Of a DNA stretch of 64,000 nucleotides, positions 58,153 to 64,000 are shown in pieces. Source of the stretch: a virus; UHGV virus genome UHGV-0203537; one strand, given 5' to 3'. Within the stretch, counting starts at the first letter, position 1, and each line of letters begins with the position of its first letter. The notes below the pieces were generated by a model that did not search any database, was not told the DNA's origin, and was given only the letters and a program-made list of their open reading frames with translations. Position numbers and translations under genes: made by a program.

Positions 58153-58560
58153 ATGAGTGAGATAAGAAAACCTAATACCATATGCCGCAATCCTAACTGT
58201 ACTCATGGAGAAGATGGTGGCAGAAAGCATTTTTATGCTTGTTTGGCTTGTTTACGAACTGAAAGCTGGAGAGCGTACTGTTGTTCAAGAGAATGTTATG
58301 AAGAGTATGTTCAGCTCGTTCTTTTTAATCGTAGTAAGTCTCGTGAAGAGAAGTTCCCTGAAAGAACAGATATGACTATCCCTGAAATAGAAATCGTTTG
58401 GAATAAGCCAATAAAAGAGGTTGAAAATTATACCAAAGAAGTTGAGCTGAAAGATTATTTTGAAGAAAATCCTGATATGCCTCTTGGTGATATCATTGAT
58501 AAAGTTAATGAGGATATTGATTCCGCTCGCAATAAATCAAATAAGAAATATAATCATTAA
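58153..58560 (+). CDS. Cys-rich hypothetical protein
   Basis: CRNPNC..CLAC..CCSREC. Confidence 0.65.
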   Translation: MSEIRKPNTICRNPNCTHGEDGGRKHFYACLACLRTESWRAYCCSRECYEEYVQLVLFNRSKSREEKFPERTDMTIPEIEIVWNKPIKEVENYTKEVELKDYFEENPDMPLGDIIDKVNEDIDSARNKSNKKYNH

Positions 58561-58617
58561 CATAAATTAGGAGGTAAATGTCAAAGTTTATCTCCTATTT
58601 TTTTCAGAGGTGAACTA

Positions 58618-59184
58618 ATGAAAAAGTTAAAACTGATTTCGCCGATACCTCCTTCGGTCAATCATTATCTCGGATATAGAGCAATTATGAAAAGCGGCAG
58701 ACCAATGGCTGCAAGCTATGTTACGGCGGAGGCTAAAAAATACAAGACGAATTTTACTTTGTATGTAAAAGATCAAACTCGGAAACAAGGATATAAAATG
58801 TCCGAAAACCCATATCAACATTATTATGTGGATTGTGTATTTTATTTTGATAGGACAGATCGAGATAGCAACAATTATATGAAGATAATGCTTGATGCTA
58901 TTACCGAAAGTGGTTGTGTCTGGATTGACGACAATGTTGTATGCGAACGGGTACAGGCAATTTATTATGATAAAACCAACCCAAGGATTGAGCTTGAAAT
59001 ATATCCAGTGGACTATATAGGCATTTTTGATAATGCCTCAACGTTAAAAAATTTTGAAAACCGTTGCGTCGGGTGTGTAAGATATACACGAAATTGTAGT
59101 CTGCTGCAGAAAGCAAAAGAAGGAAGAGCTCAAGACGAAATCCACGATGGATTTTGTTTATGCTATAGAAAGAAAGGAAAATGA
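58618..59184 (+). CDS. rusA: RusA-family Holliday junction resolvase
   Basis: PPSVNHY, DSNN.MK..LDA, WIDD. Confidence 0.85.
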   Translation: MKKLKLISPIPPSVNHYLGYRAIMKSGRPMAASYVTAEAKKYKTNFTLYVKDQTRKQGYKMSENPYQHYYVDCVFYFDRTDRDSNNYMKIMLDAITESGCVWIDDNVVCERVQAIYYDKTNPRIELEIYPVDYIGIFDNASTLKNFENRCVGCVRYTRNCSLLQKAKEGRAQDEIHDGFCLCYRKKGK

Positions 59185-59612
59185 TTATGACAAAAGAAAG
59201 AATAACATTTGCAGAAATGAAAGCTTGTATAGATGAGGTAGTAGATTTGTGTTTCCCTAATGGAGAATACTTGCCATATATGAAGGATTTTGCTATTTGG
59301 TATGTTTTGATGGAGCATTTTACTAATTGGGTAAAGCCGGAAATGAGCCTTGATCAGAAGTATTCCAAAACTCTTGATTTTACTTTAAGAGAGGAACTCT
59401 TTCAGAATATTCAGGTAACTTCAATATATGAAACAATGGAAAACGCCATCGAAATGAGACGTCAAAAAGAAGTACAAGCCGAAGCACATAACACTAAGCT
59501 GAATAGACTTATTGAGGAAATTTTTGAAAAGCTCGACAACCCTGAAACTGTAGAATTACTTTCAAAATGGGGAGAAGAAGTAGGAGTAAAAGGAAATGAG
59601 CAAACAGATTGA
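59181..59612 (+). CDS. hypothetical protein (possible tail chaperone)
   Basis: Coupled ORF. Confidence 0.6.
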   Translation: MIMTKERITFAEMKACIDEVVDLCFPNGEYLPYMKDFAIWYVLMEHFTNWVKPEMSLDQKYSKTLDFTLREELFQNIQVTSIYETMENAIEMRRQKEVQAEAHNTKLNRLIEEIFEKLDNPETVELLSKWGEEVGVKGNEQTD

Positions 59613-60183
59613 TTTGCAAAAAATGATGAAGACAGCGGTAAAAAAAGCTTTGAAAAAGGATATTGAACCTGCTGTAAAAGAGGTTTATAAAAAGCATGCT
59701 GAAACTTTGAAAGATATAAAGCCGGGGAAAAACGCTGAAGAAGTTACAAACGCTGCTGCTAAAAGAGCACAGAAAAAAACGGCAAAGCATATAGCCCGCA
59801 GAATGTCTGATGAAAAATACATTGTAAGCAGTGATAAATACTTGGCACCGGAATTCAAAGATACTGGTGCTTTTAGTGTTTATAACGATAAGCCGCTTGA
59901 AACTTTGATGGGTTGGCAGGATCCTTATTCAGGTCAAACAGATGAATTGTCCTTTACCAGATTAGTGGTTGACGGTAATATTCTCATTCACCCTGCTCTT
60001 ACTGACCATAGAAACAAAGAAAGAATGGATGAAAAGCAATGGGCAACGTATCGTGAAAACAATCGTTTTGAAAAACAGGCTTTTATCAATCGGGCTATGC
60101 ACGATCTGAAACAGAATTATAAAGATGAATTTCAAGAGATGATTGCTAAACGCTTATTGGAAGAATATAAAAAAAATAAATAA
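59596..60183 (+). CDS. hypothetical protein
   Basis: Coupled ORF; AFINRA near C-terminus as in neck proteins. Confidence 0.6.
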   Translation: MSKQIDLQKMMKTAVKKALKKDIEPAVKEVYKKHAETLKDIKPGKNAEEVTNAAAKRAQKKTAKHIARRMSDEKYIVSSDKYLAPEFKDTGAFSVYNDKPLETLMGWQDPYSGQTDELSFTRLVVDGNILIHPALTDHRNKERMDEKQWATYRENNRFEKQAFINRAMHDLKQNYKDEFQEMIAKRLLEEYKKNK

Positions 60184-60186
60184 GGT

Positions 60187-61023
60187 GTGTGTTTTATGGA
60201 TTACAAAGGTTATACAGAATATACTTTTGCAAACGATGTCGAAATGGCAAATTTTTACGGGAATATGGCAGAAAATTCTTTAAGCTTAATGGTTAATGAA
60301 TATTGTTTGTTGTATTCTCACGATGGAGTTCTGGTTGATAAGATCAAATGGGACGGCACCAAGAATATCGCCGTTACATATAAGGCCATCAATAACGATT
60401 GGTTTTCAAAAATTAAGCCGATCAACATAGAACAAGAACTTGCTTTTGATATGCTTCAAGATAAAAATACAACAATTAAATTAGTTACCGGAAGAATGGG
60501 CAGCGGTAAAACATATTTAACTGTTTGCCATGCGCTACAGGCTTTAAAGCAAAATAAATTCGACAAGATTATTTATTTAAGAAATAACGTCTCAGTCAAA
60601 GATGTTCCCGAAATAGGATATCTCCCCGGTACAGAATTAGAGAAAATTTGCAATTTTGCCCTTCCTGTTGCTGATGCTCTTGGGGGTAAAGACGGTCTGA
60701 ACATTCTTATGATGCAAGGAAAACTTGAAATTGTGCCTTTGGGATTTATAAGAGGCAGGGACTTTAAGAATTCTGCTATCATAGTATCGGAGGCTGAAAA
60801 TCTTACGGCTCAGCATGTTCAGCTTATTATAGGACGTGTCGGGGAAGGTTCTACGCTTTATTTCGATGGAGACATCAAGCAGGTCGATAAAAAGATTTTT
60901 GAAACTAATAACGGAATTACAAAGGCTATCGATGTTTTGAAAGGTAACAAACTTTTTGGATACGTTCAGCTGCAGAAAACAGAGCGTAGTGAAACTGCTG
61001 CACTTGCAGATCTTTTTGATTGA
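60187..61023 (+). CDS. phoH: PhoH-like ATPase
   Basis: GRMGSGKT, GYLPG, FIRGR, EAEN, GRVGEGS, GDIKQVD, RS. Confidence 0.92.
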   Translation: MCFMDYKGYTEYTFANDVEMANFYGNMAENSLSLMVNEYCLLYSHDGVLVDKIKWDGTKNIAVTYKAINNDWFSKIKPINIEQELAFDMLQDKNTTIKLVTGRMGSGKTYLTVCHALQALKQNKFDKIIYLRNNVSVKDVPEIGYLPGTELEKICNFALPVADALGGKDGLNILMMQGKLEIVPLGFIRGRDFKNSAIIVSEAENLTAQHVQLIIGRVGEGSTLYFDGDIKQVDKKIFETNNGITKAIDVLKGNKLFGYVQLQKTERSETAALADLFD

Positions 61024-61039
61024 AGGGCGGTGAGCAGAT

Positions 61040-61288
61040 TTGAATATGATAAAAACTAAAATGACTTTGCATAACGACATAACGGGAAGAAAAGCAGCTA
61101 ACTTTGTTCATGGAGTTACAAGCAAACCTTACAATATATGGATTTACAAGGATAACAGAATGATAAATGCCAAGAGCATTTTGGGATTACTTTCGCTGAA
61201 TTTACAGAGTGGCGATGAAATTGAAGTGCAAATTAGTTGTGGCAACGAAAATGAGCTTTTGATCGTATGTAACGAAATCAATAATTAA
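61040..61288 (+). CDS. HPr/Crh-family protein lacking His15
   Basis: INAKSILGLLSL Ser46 motif; GLHAR replaced by DITGR. Confidence 0.8.
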   Translation: MNMIKTKMTLHNDITGRKAANFVHGVTSKPYNIWIYKDNRMINAKSILGLLSLNLQSGDEIEVQISCGNENELLIVCNEINN

Positions 61289-61327
61289 GGGCAGATAACT
61301 GCCCTGTGTTGAAAGGAGCAATAATAC

Positions 61328-64000
61328 ATGGCAGGAAATATGCTTATGTTAGATGTCGGCATAAATTCTAAAAGTGCCGAAGATGGATTGGAGTCTCTTG
61401 AGAGAACTCTTGAAAAAATAAGCCAAAAGAACGACAACCTTAAAATAGGCGAACAGCTGGCTAACGATGCGAAACTCGCTCAACAAAGATATAGCGAATT
61501 AATTCAACTTGTCGAAAATGCAGAAAGCAAAACTAAGCAGGTTTTTGCTATGGCAGGTCTGAAATATGTCATTGAAGATATAACTGCACTAAACAAAAAA
61601 ATTAAAGAGACCGGCGCTGAAGTAGATCAGATTGAGTTAAAGTCTATTAAATTCGATGGAAAAGAATTATTTGATGTAAAAGGCATCGACAAGTCAATAG
61701 ATAAATTTGCCAAGGAAATTGATAAATCTGCCAACGACTCTTTAAGTAAGATTTTAAAAACTCAGTTGGGCGATAAGTTCTTTGCAGAGCAGAAAAAGAA
61801 TTTGCAGGATCAGCTGGAATACGACATGAAACAGCTTGCCAAGAATTTTTCACAAGATAAGCTTGAAGCATATATAAACAAATACTTTAAGACGAAAGCT
61901 TTTTCTGCGGCGAAAAATGGAAGCGACACAATAGCTCTTAACGGCCGTTTCCCTAAAGAAATCGAACAGTTGCTGAATAATGAAAAGATTTCTAAGCAAC
62001 TTAACGCTAACAACATTGATGTTAAAGCAATTTTGCAGCAAAAAGCAAAGGATGTTGCTTATGTTAAGGATATGAAGGAACAAATAACTAAAGAATTCAT
62101 AAATTTCTTAAATAACAACACTGATGCAAATACTTTTGGTAAGAGCTATACTGATTCTGATATTAAGGCTATGACCAGTGGTTCAAACATTTCTGATGTA
62201 ACAAGCGAAACGCAGAAGTTAAAAGATGAACTTAAAGAGTTGATCGATCTCTATAATAAATTCGATCATAATACAGATGAAAATGACATATACGATACTG
62301 TTGCGCAAATAGAAGCCCTTCGAACAGCGTTAAAAAGTTTGGGTGAAGAATCTTCAAAAGTCGGAAAAATTGACGATATGGAGATGTATAAAAAGTATCT
62401 GAAAACTGTTAAAAATACTCTGTCTCTATCAAGAGATATGGAAGAACCGGGCAAGAATGATGATTATAGCGAAGAATATGCGGAGCACGCACAAAAATTA
62501 TCATACGACATCGATAAGTTAAATAAAGTAAATATGCAGGCAATTATTGATAGTAGCGCTAAAGCTGAAAATAAAATTTCAACTTTAAAGGAACGCCTGT
62601 CCGACATTGATATGCTGATAGCAAAAATAAATAGCTATAATTCTTTAGCTCCGGGATTCATTGAAGCAATATTTAATGCGAAAGATATCAATAAGCTGAA
62701 TGAACAAAGAGAAATTATTATTGCTGGATTGAAAAAGATGGGGGTTGATACGTCAGGTATTGGTTCTATTTCAGGAGTTTTAACTGGCGGCAACGATAGC
62801 TTGACAAGTGATGTCGGTGACACTCCAAATAGTGATGAAATGTTATCATCTGAAGAAGCTGAAAAGCTTAAGAAAAATTATGCCGATGTTACCGCCGAAG
62901 TTGAAAAATATAAGCAGCAGATTACGGAATTGACCGCTAAAATAAAAGAGTATCGTACAACTGCCGATCAGCCTGATGATATCAAAAATAAACTTCTGAC
63001 TACTGAACAAGCCCTTGAATCTGCCAAGCAGAAGATTGATGAACTCAATCAGAAAATAAGAGACTTAAATGATAAATTAGAGTTTGATTCAATAGTTGGT
63101 TCTGATGGTTTTGTGATAAATCAAGAAGATTATGATAATCTTACCTCTGCGCTTGAAAAAGCAAAAGCAGAGGCACAGAGTGCCAAAGACGAGCTTGAAC
63201 AACTAAAAGCTACTTCTGTACAAGTAGGCGAAGGAGAACAAGTTGTTAAGGCTGGCAATCCTGAAGCTATTAAGGAACTTGGAGAAGCCGTTAAGGCTCT
63301 TCAGGAAAGAATGAATAAGGCAGAGGAAATTCTGAAAGATGTACCCGAAGGTATGAGTGGGTTAAAAAGACTCAGTGGACAGATTGAAAAAATGTCAGGA
63401 AACTTCAATGAAGATGGCAGTTTGAAAAATCTCGGCACTACCGCAGAAGAATTAGCCGAACAGTTTAAGCAACTTGAAAATCAATTTGATGCAAGGATAG
63501 ATAAAAAAATTGCTGAATTTGAAAAGAACTCATATAAAGGGAAAACATCAAACAAAAGGTTTAATTTGGCAGGGTCACTTAAAGACTTAAAGGTCGGAAA
63601 CGATAAGCCTCAAAACGATATTGCTGATGATGATCCACAGGAATCAACTGCCAACACTCAAGAACTCTATAAGGAAACTGAAGCATATAAAAAATTATCT
63701 GAAGCAGTACAATCTTTTAATGAGCTTACATCTCAAAAAATAGATAAAACCGATTTCGATGCAAGAATAAAAAGGCTGCAAGATATGCAGTCTTGTGTCA
63801 AGGATATTATTGCTACTGTAGAGAACTATGAGGGTAAAGCTAACGAACTTTCTGCTCTTGCTTTAAAGAGTAAAAATGGAGACATATCAATTCAGGATAG
63901 CACAAAACTTGACGCATTGATGAATAAATTGCAGTCCGGAATCGGCACGAATACTGAAAAGAAAAATCAAATGGCGCAGGCCAAGGAAGATGCAAAAAAA
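61328..64000 (+). CDS. probable tape measure protein, runs off the window end
   Basis: GAAAGGAG RBS, ATG 61328, long K/E-rich coiled-coil frame; absent from the ORF track, consistent with no stop in the window. Confidence 0.7.
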   Translation, partial: MAGNMLMLDVGINSKSAEDGLESLERTLEKISQKNDNLKIGEQLANDAKLAQQRYSELIQLVENAESKTKQVFAMAGLKYVIEDITALNKKIKETGAEVDQIELKSIKFDGKELFDVKGIDKSIDKFAKEIDKSANDSLSKILKTQLGDKFFAEQKKNLQDQLEYDMKQLAKNFSQDKLEAYINKYFKTKAFSAAKNGSDTIALNGRFPKEIEQLLNNEKISKQLNANNIDVKAILQQKAKDVAYVKDMKEQITKEFINFLNNNTDANTFGKSYTDSDIKAMTSGSNISDVTSETQKLKDELKELIDLYNKFDHNTDENDIYDTVAQIEALRTALKSLGEESSKVGKIDDMEMYKKYLKTVKNTLSLSRDMEEPGKNDDYSEEYAEHAQKLSYDIDKLNKVNMQAIIDSSAKAENKISTLKERLSDIDMLIAKINSYNSLAPGFIEAIFNAKDINKLNEQREIIIAGLKKMGVDTSGIGSISGVLTGGNDSLTSDVGDTPNSDEMLSSEEAEKLKKNYADVTAEVEKYKQQITELTAKIKEYRTTADQPDDIKNKLLTTEQALESAKQKIDELNQKIRDLNDKLEFDSIVGSDGFVINQEDYDNLTSALEKAKAEAQSAKDELEQLKATSVQVGEGEQVVKAGNPEAIKELGEAVKALQERMNKAEEILKDVPEGMSGLKRLSGQIEKMSGNFNEDGSLKNLGTTAEELAEQFKQLENQFDARIDKKIAEFEKNSYKGKTSNKRFNLAGSLKDLKVGNDKPQNDIADDDPQESTANTQELYKETEAYKKLSEAVQSFNELTSQKIDKTDFDARIKRLQDMQSCVKDIIATVENYEGKANELSALALKSKNGDISIQDSTKLDALMNKLQSGIGTNTEKKNQMAQAKEDAKK

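Noticed and set aside
29806..58230. Long minus-strand ORFs 29806..30606, 52581..53366 and 57364..58230
   Set aside because: Antisense shadows of the NTase, capsid and tail genes.
1..64000. Retron/DGR reverse transcriptase, arbitrium aimR/aimP, att site, stop-codon recoding
   Set aside because: No RT motifs, TPR receptor, host junction or suppressor tRNA seen; genes are intact in the standard code.

Overview
The whole window is DNA of a large, probably temperate Firmicutes (likely Clostridia) tailed phage or prophage with an SPbeta-like layout. No host housekeeping region or att site is visible. From left to right: (1) A 2.9-kb minus-strand RNA island with tRNA-Lys, tRNA-Gln, a ROOL-like ~580-nt RNA containing an Asn tRNA-like domain, a CCA-ended minihelix, other unnamed structured RNAs, and one coiled-coil gene followed by a ~390-nt closed RNA with 7-nt repeats. 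(2) A lysogeny region with MrpR-like and DGQHR genes, orphan MazF and HicA toxins, a CI-like repressor and an ImmA-like protease. (3) A leftward early arm of small hypothetical genes plus an amidoligase/amidotransferase pair. (4) A 1.3-kb strand-switch region with an antisense RNA/small ORF pair. (5) A rightward arm with a tyrosine recombinase, an RNA-repair-like cluster, BRO and Rep-like genes, and a YonO-like RNA polymerase split at its DFDGD motif by a group I intron that carries an HNH gene. (6) Late genes: ClpP-like, two HU, tRNA-Glu, terminase, portal, capsid, tail, RusA, PhoH, an HPr lacking His15, and the start of a probable tape measure gene. All family calls are by-eye motif recognition; no database search was run.
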